From contig SUPR01000065.1 of assembly GCA_005191425.1 (NCBI GenBank), positions 1 through 20,962 on the forward strand: DNA of 20,962 nucleotides, in the 5' to 3' direction. Shown here in pieces: positions 1 through 8,188 of the stretch. Position 1 is the stretch's first letter, and every line of letters starts with the position of its first letter. The translations under genes and the position numbers were made by a program. The notes under the pieces were generated by a model. The model worked only from the letters and a program-made list of their open reading frames with translations, did no database searches and was not told the DNA's origin. The DNA is from Candidatus Helarchaeota ASGARD archaeon Hel_GB_B (lineage in GTDB: Archaea; Asgardarchaeota; Lokiarchaeia; Helarchaeales; HEL-GB-B).

Positions 1-2
1 TC

Positions 3-143
3 ATAACAACAGGAGATTTTTCAGATGATACAATCGATTATGTCAATGAATTATATCAAAATGAAAATATTTTCATCACACTAATAAATGGAGATGTTCT
101 AGCATCGATTATAGTAAATAAAGGACTTTCATTAATTGATTAA
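3..143 (+). CDS. 3' fragment of a probable Mrr-type (Mrr_cat, PD-(D/E)xK) restriction endonuclease, truncated by the window start
   Basis: Not in the ORF track. Manual translation of frame 3 gives ITTGDFSDDTIDYVNELYQNENIFITLINGDVLASIIVNKGLSLID, with TAA at 141-143. This fits the typical Mrr_cat C-terminal pattern ITTxxF(S/T)...I.LI(D/N)GxxLxx(L/I). The catalytic motifs lie outside the window. Confidence 0.55.
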   Translation: MTTGDFSDDTIDYVNELYQNENIFITLINGDVLASIIVNKGLSLID

Positions 144-353
144 TTTAAATCTAATTCTTTCTATGAGACCTCGGCTAGTGTCTATGTTCCATTATTTATT
201 TTAATTCTCTTTAATTATATTTTAAATAAAGTTATTTGAATTATGTAAAAAAAAACGATTATAAATCTATGTTAAAAGAAAATAAATGATATTTTATTAT
301 AAATTTTCATTTAAAATATTAATTTTTATTATTGTGAACAAATGTGAAGTGAA

Positions 354-1136
354 ATGAACATCAAAGTTATCAAAATTGTCAATATGTTTATTATTGTCAT
401 TTCTATTTTGTTAGGAAATATTATGATGTTTGATTTTGTGTTCTGTTCGGCAACTGGGCATTACATGTTCCAGTTGTGGAATGTCCATTTTCTGGACTAT
501 TCAATAGATGAAATGGGAAGTATGAAGTTTTATTTGAATTTTTTTTCATTTATTGTTAGTGAAGGACTCATGATTTTTGTGATAGATTTGATGGGTGTGG
601 AAGCCACAGTTCAAACTATAAGAGCAAATATGGACAGGAAAATAAAAGTTATCAATTTTTCTAAGCCATTTGCCTTGTGGGGTGTAGTATCGTGCACATT
701 TTCAATGATACTTTTTGTTTTTTTTGGTCTATATCCAATGATGGATGGATATTACTACCAATTTTATGACTCATCTTTCCCATTCACATTTTTATTCATA
801 AATATGATTGTTGTAATAGCTATTTATGTTGGTGGTGGAGTTGCAGACATCAAGTTACACATATCAGGTTATGATGAAGATGTGTCTACTGGTTCAAGAC
901 ACGGAACAGGCAGAAATGATCATGTGATTGACAGTGATGAGATCAAAATAGTTGCATCACCAGAGGGTGCAAGATTGTATGACTTGTTGATGGGCAATCC
1001 ACATGAGGAAAGTAATGATGATGATGACAATAAAGAAGATGAGGATGAGAGCAACATCAAGTATTGCACTGTCTGTGGTGAAAAACTTGACGAAAATGCA
1101 ATTGTATGTCCAAAATGTGGAAATATATTAGAATAA
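354..1136 (+). CDS. Hypothetical membrane protein (about 4 TM segments) with an acidic tract and a C-terminal zinc ribbon
   Basis: Four hydrophobic stretches (VNMFIIVISILLG, FFSFIVSEGLMIFVI, LWGVVSCTFSMILFVFFGL, FTFLFINMIVVIAIYVG), then EESNDDDDNKEDEDES, then YCTVCG-x9-CPKCG (zinc_ribbon_2-like). Confidence 0.75.
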   Translation: MNIKVIKIVNMFIIVISILLGNIMMFDFVFCSATGHYMFQLWNVHFLDYSIDEMGSMKFYLNFFSFIVSEGLMIFVIDLMGVEATVQTIRANMDRKIKVINFSKPFALWGVVSCTFSMILFVFFGLYPMMDGYYYQFYDSSFPFTFLFINMIVVIAIYVGGGVADIKLHISGYDEDVSTGSRHGTGRNDHVIDSDEIKIVASPEGARLYDLLMGNPHEESNDDDDNKEDEDESNIKYCTVCGEKLDENAIVCPKCGNILE

Positions 1137-1705
1137 ATTTTAAAATCTTTTATAGGATTCTAATAAAATAGACTTTTTCTTTTCTATCGATAAAATTATG
1201 TGATTTTTCTTACTTAAGTTTGTTGATTTATCTTACATAACAATTTTTTTAATAGGCTTATTTTAAAGGTTTTTATTTAAAATAAACACATAACAAATTT
1301 TTAGGAAAAATTCATTTCCAATAGAAATCTTTTTTTATCACAAATTTAAATTTTTGAAAAAAAAAGAATATAAATAAATTAAGGGCATTATATAATATAA
1401 AAATGAAGGAAATAGGAGTAATATATTAGGAGTACAAAAATTTTAAAAAACGTAAATAGGAACTTACTTAATCAAATTGCAGTTTTTATTCAAAAAAGTT
1501 TAAATTTTTTAAATTTAATCATTTTTAAAATAAGTAAATCCTTAACTTCATAAATAAAACAAATTTAAAGAATGAACATTATATAGACCAGATTTAATAA
1601 GTTTAGATGATTTTTTGCAACAAAATTATTATAATTGCAATAAAAAATATAATTTTTAAATTTAGTTATTTATGTTTAAGAGATTTAAATAAAGGATAAT
1701 TAAAA

Positions 1706-2575
1706 ATGGCATCAGAATTACTAATAAATAATAATACAAATATAATTTGTAATAAAGAATGCGATAATTTTCAGTGTTTTTTATCTGAGCATTTTAAATC
1801 ATTAATGAGCAGGGATTATATTAATGAAACATTAGGATATGCCAGTAAAGAGATATATAAATTAGCATTAGAAAATACTACGCCAATTAAAAGAAAGAAA
1901 AATTTAGTAAAAGTAAAGGAGTTATTAAAGGAAATAAATAGAAGTGAATTTCTTTATAAAAAAGGTAATAATAAAATATTAATTACTGCACCTCACGCAG
2001 CGTGGCATTATAGATATACGTGGGGTAAGAATAGAAAAAAGTTGGGTGATTGGATAAAGTATGATGATGTTAATACTGGTCTAATTGCGTGTTATTTAAG
2101 TAGATATTTGGATTGCCATGCTTTGATCCAGATATATACTGCTTGGTTAGACCCTAATTTTTACAGGGAAGCTTTATTTCAAGAAAAAATGAGAAGTATT
2201 TTAAAAAAGGAGAAAATAAAGTTTGTTTTAGATGTCCATGGCTTATCAAGTGATAGAGAAGCTGATTTTGATATTATAGATCTTTTTGGGATGGCATTAG
2301 TACCATTTAATGCGTTAAAATTCAGAAAATCATTAAAAAAAAGGTTAGAGCAATTTGGATATGAGGTAGGAGTGAATAGGTATTTTAACGGGGGGCTCAC
2401 TTTACCATTTCAACATACAATAGTAAAGGAGGTTTCTCAAGAATTTCAAATACCATGTATTGAGTTAGAAATAAACAAAAAGTTCAGAAATATTCCTGGA
2501 GAAATTATAGATAAAAAAGTATTAAATGTTTTATTTAATTGGTTAAAATCAGATGTCAATAAGGACTTAAGGTAA
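1706..2575 (+). CDS. N-formylglutamate amidohydrolase-like Zn-dependent hydrolase (Zn exopeptidase fold), substrate unknown
   Basis: Motifs in the family order: LITAPH, D..TG.IA..L, DPN, FVLDVHG, HTI, IELEINKKFR. It has an N-terminal extension of about 85 aa. Confidence 0.6.
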   Translation: MASELLINNNTNIICNKECDNFQCFLSEHFKSLMSRDYINETLGYASKEIYKLALENTTPIKRKKNLVKVKELLKEINRSEFLYKKGNNKILITAPHAAWHYRYTWGKNRKKLGDWIKYDDVNTGLIACYLSRYLDCHALIQIYTAWLDPNFYREALFQEKMRSILKKEKIKFVLDVHGLSSDREADFDIIDLFGMALVPFNALKFRKSLKKRLEQFGYEVGVNRYFNGGLTLPFQHTIVKEVSQEFQIPCIELEINKKFRNIPGEIIDKKVLNVLFNWLKSDVNKDLR

Positions 2576-2581
2576 TTAATT

Positions 2582-3475
2582 TTGGATAGCCCAATATCAT
2601 TGATATTTCCAGTTTTAGCTGCAATATTTTACGGTTCACAATACATTCCACAAAAAAAGTTGTCTAAAGTAAATACAAATAATTATAATTTATCGATGAC
2701 TTTTGGAATTTTAATAACAACTTTAGGGTTTTTTTCTTGTTTATTTTTAACGGATCAGACTTTAAATTTTATTCCAATTATTTTTGCGGTTATAGGAGGG
2801 ATAATTTGGCAGATGGGGAATGGATTTTCTTTAATTGCTATTGAAGCAATAGGGATGAGTAAAACAGCAAGTTTACTTAATTTGGTATCAATATTTTCTT
2901 TTATATTTGGGCTATTTTTTTTCTCTGAAGAGGTAAATGTATTAAAAATAATAGGGCTACCAATAATAGTGAGTGGAGCAATAATAATAACATTAACAAG
3001 GAAGGAAGATACTAAGAAATTTAATTGGAAGGGGATAGCAAGTGTTATAATTAGTGCATTTTTAATAAGTATTTTTAATGTGTTTTCAGTTGAATCAATG
3101 GCATCAAGAATATATCCAACAATCCCTTATTTTACAGCAACCTTTTTTTTAAGTGTAGGAGCAGTTATAGGTAGTTTATTATCTAATTTCAGAATTAGAA
3201 AAATAAAAAACTGGGTATACGAAGGAAAGAAATTTCATTTATATGCGTTATTGGCAGGTTTTATTTGGAGTTGTGGTATATTATTGACCTCATATACATT
3301 AGCTAACTATGGACTCAGTTTTGGAGTTCCAATAATTCAAACAGTAATGGCTATCATAAGTGCGATATGGGGGATTGTTTATTTCAAGGAAATTAATGAT
3401 AAAAAAAATATAATTCAATTTTTTATTGGATTGATTATATCAATTGTAGGAATTTTTCTTTTTGGAATTTCATAA
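2582..3475 (+). CDS. DMT-superfamily transporter (GRP sugar transporter / TMEM144-like), about 10 TM
   Basis: TTG start 6 bp after the upstream stop, suggesting an operon. Two-repeat DMT pattern: AAIFYGSQYIPQKK, GGIIWQMGN..IG, AGFIWSCG, PII...ISAIWGIVYFKE. Confidence 0.75.
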   Translation: MDSPISLIFPVLAAIFYGSQYIPQKKLSKVNTNNYNLSMTFGILITTLGFFSCLFLTDQTLNFIPIIFAVIGGIIWQMGNGFSLIAIEAIGMSKTASLLNLVSIFSFIFGLFFFSEEVNVLKIIGLPIIVSGAIIITLTRKEDTKKFNWKGIASVIISAFLISIFNVFSVESMASRIYPTIPYFTATFFLSVGAVIGSLLSNFRIRKIKNWVYEGKKFHLYALLAGFIWSCGILLTSYTLANYGLSFGVPIIQTVMAIISAIWGIVYFKEINDKKNIIQFFIGLIISIVGIFLFGIS

Positions 3476-3569
3476 TCTATTAAAGTAATAAAGGGACCAT
3501 ACAGCCAATTTGTAAAATAACAATTGTATAATGATAGTTTTAGTATTTTAAATATATTATTCAAAGATA

Positions 3570-3607
3570 TACATCAATAAAAATAAATAAAATAAATAAA
3601 ATGGAGA
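3570..3607 (-). terminator. U-rich putative archaeal terminator after the radical SAM gene
   Basis: The minus strand reads TTTTATTTATTTTTATTTATTTTT just after the stop codon. T-tracts are common in this AT-rich DNA, so support is weak. Confidence 0.3.
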
Positions 3608-4510
3608 TTATTTTTTGAGTCCAGCCCCAAATTTTTCAATTTTATTTATAATTTCCATATCAAGACGTTTAACGCAATATGCAATAATTGGTACGATACA
3701 ACTACATGTCTGACAGTCTACCCAATCGCCCATTACGCATCGTTTTTTCTCCATATTAGGAAAATATGAAACGATTAAATCATTATCTAAGAATACGCAT
3801 TCATGGATATGCTTTTTCGTAAGGAGGCAGTCAGTCATCATTTTTGAATAAATTACAAAATCAGGATATTCATCAATAATATTATATATATCACGAATAG
3901 TTCGTTTCAGTTTATCACCTTTCAATAATAAAGGGTCATTCATGGTACCAGAATACAGCATAAAAAAGATGCCCGAAACATTTGCTTTAATTGCATTTTC
4001 TACAATTTCATGTACTTGTTTGTAATTAGAAGTCGATAGAGTTGTTGAAATAGTAACCCTTGGATCATTTTCGATGTTTTTCATAACTTTATGATAAATT
4101 TTAGCGCCTCTAATTTTATTATGAGTTTCTTCATTTCCATCAATAGAAACCCATATAGTGGCTCTGATATCTTCAGGAATTTTAATTATACCATTAGTTG
4201 CGATTTGGATTAAACCGAAAGTTTCATAAGCATCGCGAATGACGTTCATTCTAAGAGTGGGTTCTCCACCAGTTATTGCAGCTGAACCAATTCCTAATGA
4301 ATGGTGATATTTAAAAACATTATGCCATTGCTCATCTGACAATTCCAAAGGTTTAGGATTTGATGCCCTAAAATAGCAATGCTCGCAATTTAAATTACAA
4401 TGATATGTGATATCATAATTCACAGCTAAGGGAATATTGGTTATTTTATTTTTCAAATATTTAGCAATAAGGTTTAAACCACCTGCAAGAATTACTAATG
4501 GGGTTGTCAT
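3608..4510 (-). CDS. Uncharacterised radical SAM enzyme with a C-terminal Cys-rich (SPASM/twitch-like) region
   Basis: YDITYHCNLNCEHCY (CxxxCxxC), ITGGEP, ATNG, VSIDG..ETHNKIRG, and C-terminal C..RCVMG..DCQTCSC. The ATG at 4510 (MTTPLV, 300 aa) is preferred to the track's TTG at 4576, which lies in low-complexity AT-rich sequence. Confidence 0.85.
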   Translation of the reverse strand: MTTPLVILAGGLNLIAKYLKNKITNIPLAVNYDITYHCNLNCEHCYFRASNPKPLELSDEQWHNVFKYHHSLGIGSAAITGGEPTLRMNVIRDAYETFGLIQIATNGIIKIPEDIRATIWVSIDGNEETHNKIRGAKIYHKVMKNIENDPRVTISTTLSTSNYKQVHEIVENAIKANVSGIFFMLYSGTMNDPLLLKGDKLKRTIRDIYNIIDEYPDFVIYSKMMTDCLLTKKHIHECVFLDNDLIVSYFPNMEKKRCVMGDWVDCQTCSCIVPIIAYCVKRLDMEIINKIEKFGAGLKK

Positions 4511-4605
4511 AATAATGCCACTATATTTTTGATAATAATTAAAAAATTTAATGTTTTTATAATTTACGATTAGCAAATAGAAAGTAATAATAATATTAGT
4601 ATTTT

Positions 4606-5262
4606 TTATAGGAGTAAAGATAAAATTTTCTTAAGATTATTGGTATATAAGGTATAAGTTGCATATTTTTTTAAAGAAATATCTTTTGGATTGATAGCAA
4701 TGGAAAGAGGAGTAATTTGAAATAATCTAATATCATTTATGTTGTCACCTATTGAAGCCACTTTATCGATTGGGATATTTTTCTTAATAATATATTGCTG
4801 AAGGACAACATCTTTATTAAACCCTACTTTAACTTTAATACCTTTGAGTCGATTATTTTCATCGAAATATAATTCATTTGAAATGTAGTTATCAAAATCT
4901 AAAATCTTTTTAAAATATTCACAAACCATTGAAATGCCCGAGCTAATAACAAGAGTTTCAATATTTCTATTTTTTAAAATTTGAATCGTTTTTTTTGCTC
5001 CTTTAAAAGGTTTTATATTATTATAAATTATTTCTTTTAGTTTATTAGATGTTAAGCCTTTATTTTTCCATAGATTAATGTCTAGTTCAGCCCATTTAAA
5101 ATAATCTATCTTGTTAGAGAAAAAAAGATCTGAATTTTTTTTTGCTTCCTTTTCAACGCCTAATTTCGAATGAATTAGGCCCCAAGAATTGTGTTCTTTA
5201 GTTAAAGTACCATCTAGATCAAATACGACTAGTTTTAAATCATTTTTAATGGTCATAAACAT
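4606..5262 (-). CDS. HAD-superfamily phosphatase, subfamily IB (phosphoserine phosphatase-like)
   Basis: Motif I VVFDLDGTL, motif II ISSG, motif III Lys (FNKD), motif IV IGDNIND. The substrate cannot be assigned from sequence. Confidence 0.85.
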   Translation of the reverse strand: MFMTIKNDLKLVVFDLDGTLTKEHNSWGLIHSKLGVEKEAKKNSDLFFSNKIDYFKWAELDINLWKNKGLTSNKLKEIIYNNIKPFKGAKKTIQILKNRNIETLVISSGISMVCEYFKKILDFDNYISNELYFDENNRLKGIKVKVGFNKDVVLQQYIIKKNIPIDKVASIGDNINDIRLFQITPLSIAINPKDISLKKYATYTLYTNNLKKILSLLL

Positions 5263-5493
5263 TCATTCTTTATCTTTTTATTAGGTTACGATTTATTATT
5301 TTATCCAGAATTATTAATTATACCAAAATTATTAATTTAAATAAATATTCTTAATTATGAAAATATTGTTATATATTTATAAACAATTAAAAATTAAACA
5401 GAAATTTTATAAGGATTGGAAAACTTATTTTTAATACTTTTTATTGAATTCTTTTGAAATTTTTCAATAAACAAATTATTTTGGATAAGTAAA

Positions 5494-5853
5494 ATGCCTT
5501 CAAGAAGTAGAAAGAAAAAAAGTAAACATTCTCATAATTCACAAGCACCAGTTAAGATTAGAGTTGCAAATAAAGAAGATGGAGAAGTTTATGGTGTAGT
5601 CCTACAGACATTAGGAAATTCAAGGATGAAAGTTTACTGTTTTGATGGAAAAATAAGAATAGCTAGAATAAGAGGTAAATTGGTAAAACGTATGTGGATT
5701 CGAGAAGAAGATATAGTAATAGTTTCTCCATGGGAATTTCAAGATAATAAAGCAGATATTGTATATAGATATACGAGAAATCAAATTTCATGGTTGCAAC
5801 GAAAGGGGTATATTCCTGAAAATTATTTAGAAAATTTAATGGACAAAATTTAA
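5494..5853 (+). CDS. eif1a: Translation initiation factor aIF-1A / eIF-1A
   Basis: GVVLQTLGNSRMKVYCFDG..R.ARIRGKL.KRMWIREEDIVIVSPWEFQDNKADIVYRY, the canonical OB-fold eIF1A signature, with a basic N-terminal tail. Confidence 0.97.
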   Translation: MPSRSRKKKSKHSHNSQAPVKIRVANKEDGEVYGVVLQTLGNSRMKVYCFDGKIRIARIRGKLVKRMWIREEDIVIVSPWEFQDNKADIVYRYTRNQISWLQRKGYIPENYLENLMDKI

Positions 5854-5875
5854 AAGTTGAATTTTTTTCAATTTT
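5853..5875 (+). terminator. Weak hairpin with a U-rich loop directly after eif1a
   Basis: AAAGTTGAA-TTTTT-TTCAATTTT forms a 9-bp stem with one G-U pair, followed by T-rich tracts. Confidence 0.3.
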
Positions 5876-6035
5876 AACATTTTTAAAAATTTATTTTTAA
5901 GTAATTTTTCGAATTCTTTAAATATATTTAATACCAATAATATTACATATTTTGAATATAATATTGCAAAATATATAAAGAATAATTATTTTTTTCCTTA
6001 GTTTATCATAAATTTAATTAAATACAGGGCGTTGA

Positions 6036-6491
6036 ATGGAAGAGAATAAAGATATAGATATTATAGATTTGCATATATTAGAATTGTTACGCAATAATTC
6101 GAGAATGCCATTTGTAAAGATTGCAGATGAGCTTGGAATTTCTGAGGGGACTGTAAGAATTAGAATAAAAAAGTTGAATGAAAAAGGCGTTATAAAGCAG
6201 TATACTATAATTAAAGGTAATTCAAATTTGCTTAAAACAATAATTTTTCTCAAAATAAACCTACAATTCATCGAGAAAAATTTGGAAATTTTGAAAAATA
6301 TCGAAAAAATAGATTCAATTTGTGAGCTTACGGGAGAATTTAATTTAATGTTAATTGGAAACTTTAAAGGGATAGATGATTTCAAGAATTTTATTTGGAA
6401 CTATATAAATTCATTAGAAGGAATAGAAAAAATGAAAACGACAGTTATAATAAAGAAATATAAAGACGAATTAAACCCGAGACTTATTTAA
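6036..6491 (+). CDS. Lrp/AsnC family transcriptional regulator
   Basis: N-terminal HTH DIIDLHILELLRNNSRMPFVKIADELGISEGTVRIRIKKLNEKGVI and a C-terminal RAM domain (ELTGEFNLML...I..LEGI). Confidence 0.93.
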   Translation: MEENKDIDIIDLHILELLRNNSRMPFVKIADELGISEGTVRIRIKKLNEKGVIKQYTIIKGNSNLLKTIIFLKINLQFIEKNLEILKNIEKIDSICELTGEFNLMLIGNFKGIDDFKNFIWNYINSLEGIEKMKTTVIIKKYKDELNPRLI

Positions 6492-6494
6492 CAT

Positions 6495-8162
6495 TTAATT
6501 TAAGTTTTTTGATACATATGGGCCATCTTTTTTATAACCAAATTTAAAATAATATTCTCTAACGCCAATACCACTTATTATAAGAATTTTTTTTATATCA
6601 AAATCGTTTTTTGCGATCGATTCAGCAGTTTCTAACAATTTAGTGCCAAATTTTTTATGCTGCCAATTAGACAGATATGGATAAAATTTATTATCAATTG
6701 GGACTACGCTTCCGTAGATATGAAGGGCTCTTACAATTGCTGAGTTTTTTTCAGTTATTTCAGGTCGGAATGCTTTTTCAGAAGGAATGCGTAATCTAAG
6801 GTATCCAATAAGAATATGTTTTACAATATCTTCATAGGAAAGAAAAATTTCAATTCCATTTGAAGCTTCATATACAGTTTTTATAAGTTTAATATTTTTT
6901 GAGTCAGGAATACGGTTCTCTTTTAGTTCTACAAGGCCAACTTCTCTACACCTAATACAATTACATCGTAAACCATTATTTTTCAGGTTTTGGTGGACTA
7001 ATTCTCTAAGGTTACTTTTTTTTACACCAGCTTCAATATATTCTACAGGAATATCTCGTTGGACTCTTTGGATCCGGATCCATGGAGGAATTTGCGAAAA
7101 AGCGCTACTCAATAGATTAATTGTATCGTCAAGTGGATATGGTTTATATTTGCCCTGTTTCCATAAATCATATAATTTAGTGCCTTTAATTACAAGACAT
7201 GGATATACTTTTAAAAGGTCAGGCTTAAATCTGGGGTCAGAATAAATTGTTTTAAATATATCTAAGTCCATTTCTAAATTAGATCCAGGTAAATTTGGCA
7301 TAATATGATATAAAACTTTAAATCCGGAATCTTTGAGTAGTTGAGTGGCTGTAATTACATCCTCAATAGTATGTCCTCTTTCCACCAATTTATAAATTTC
7401 ATTGTAAATAGTTTGGACGCCCAATTCAACTCTCGTTACTCCAGAATTTAATAAAAAATTTATTCTATTTTTATCACAAAAATCAGGCCTTGTTTCTACC
7501 GTAAAACCAACCAATCTGTGTTTGGAGTTTTCACATCGTAAGATTACATTTTCCAACGTTTCATTTTTTAAATCGAGTTTTTTATTGGACTCAAAATCTA
7601 CTATTGCAGCCAGACTATTTTTTATAAAATCAGCTTGATACTCAAAACTACGAGCAGGAAAAGTCCCACCCATAATTATTAATTCTATTTTAGAGGTATC
7701 ATGCCCGATTCCTTTTAGTTGTTCAAGTCGTTTAGAAACTTGTTTATATGGGTCGAATGAATTTTGAATTCCTCTTCGGGTTGCAGGTTCAAAACCAGTA
7801 TAACTTTGTGGTGAATTAAAATGAGAATTAGGACCTCCTGGACAATATAGACATTTACCATGAGGACACGGGTATGGTTCAGACATAATAGCAACTACTA
7901 CTATACCAGATATTGACCTAACTTTTTTTATTTTTAAGAAATCAACAAGTTTTTCAAATTCCTCTTGAGTTGCATAGAATAAAATATCTGAATTTTTTGG
8001 AATAGGGACATTATTATATTTTTTTATTATTTTTAATTTTATTCGATTGATATCTTTTATTTTCTTAAAATCAGAGACCTGTAATAATTCATTTATAATT
8101 TCACGACAACTCTTTTTAAATTCTAAAGTATTTTTATCAGCGGAAGATAATGAATTGCTCAT
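6495..8162 (-). CDS. elp3: Elongator subunit Elp3 homolog, tRNA uridine(34) acetyltransferase (radical SAM + KAT domains)
   Basis: VRSISG..VAIM..P.PCPHGKCLYCPGG, YTGFEPA, MGGTF, ETRPDFC, RVELGVQT, YPCLVIKGT, RVQRDIP, GYLRLR, SGIGVREYY, GPYVSK. Confidence 0.95.
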   Translation of the reverse strand: MSNSLSSADKNTLEFKKSCREIINELLQVSDFKKIKDINRIKLKIIKKYNNVPIPKNSDILFYATQEEFEKLVDFLKIKKVRSISGIVVVAIMSEPYPCPHGKCLYCPGGPNSHFNSPQSYTGFEPATRRGIQNSFDPYKQVSKRLEQLKGIGHDTSKIELIIMGGTFPARSFEYQADFIKNSLAAIVDFESNKKLDLKNETLENVILRCENSKHRLVGFTVETRPDFCDKNRINFLLNSGVTRVELGVQTIYNEIYKLVERGHTIEDVITATQLLKDSGFKVLYHIMPNLPGSNLEMDLDIFKTIYSDPRFKPDLLKVYPCLVIKGTKLYDLWKQGKYKPYPLDDTINLLSSAFSQIPPWIRIQRVQRDIPVEYIEAGVKKSNLRELVHQNLKNNGLRCNCIRCREVGLVELKENRIPDSKNIKLIKTVYEASNGIEIFLSYEDIVKHILIGYLRLRIPSEKAFRPEITEKNSAIVRALHIYGSVVPIDNKFYPYLSNWQHKKFGTKLLETAESIAKNDFDIKKILIISGIGVREYYFKFGYKKDGPYVSKNLN

Positions 8163-8188
8163 TAGTAAAAGACCAATTTTATTAGTAT

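Noticed and set aside
160-186. GC-rich 15-mer flanked by a TCTATG direct repeat (possible att site or transposon footprint)
   Set aside because: Too short, with no similarity to the IS ends in this window and no integrase or tRNA nearby; compatible with chance.
1413-1434. TAGGAGTA direct repeat (14-bp period) in the long intergenic region, with a tiny ORF MKEIGVIY
   Set aside because: Only two copies of 8 bp, no CRISPR-like repeat/spacer structure, and the ORF is too short to support.
2179-2400. 73-aa minus-strand ORF
   Set aside because: Antisense shadow of the hydrolase gene with no motifs.
4511-4576. 22-codon N-terminal extension of the radical SAM ORF from TTG
   Set aside because: Low-complexity AT-rich sequence that looks like promoter/UTR; the ATG at 4510 is more plausible.
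4606-5262. Calling the HAD gene serB
   Set aside because: HAD-IB motifs are clear, but substrate specificity cannot be read from them and no serine-pathway genes are adjacent.
6014-6385. 123-aa minus-strand ORF
   Set aside because: Antisense shadow of the Lrp/AsnC gene.
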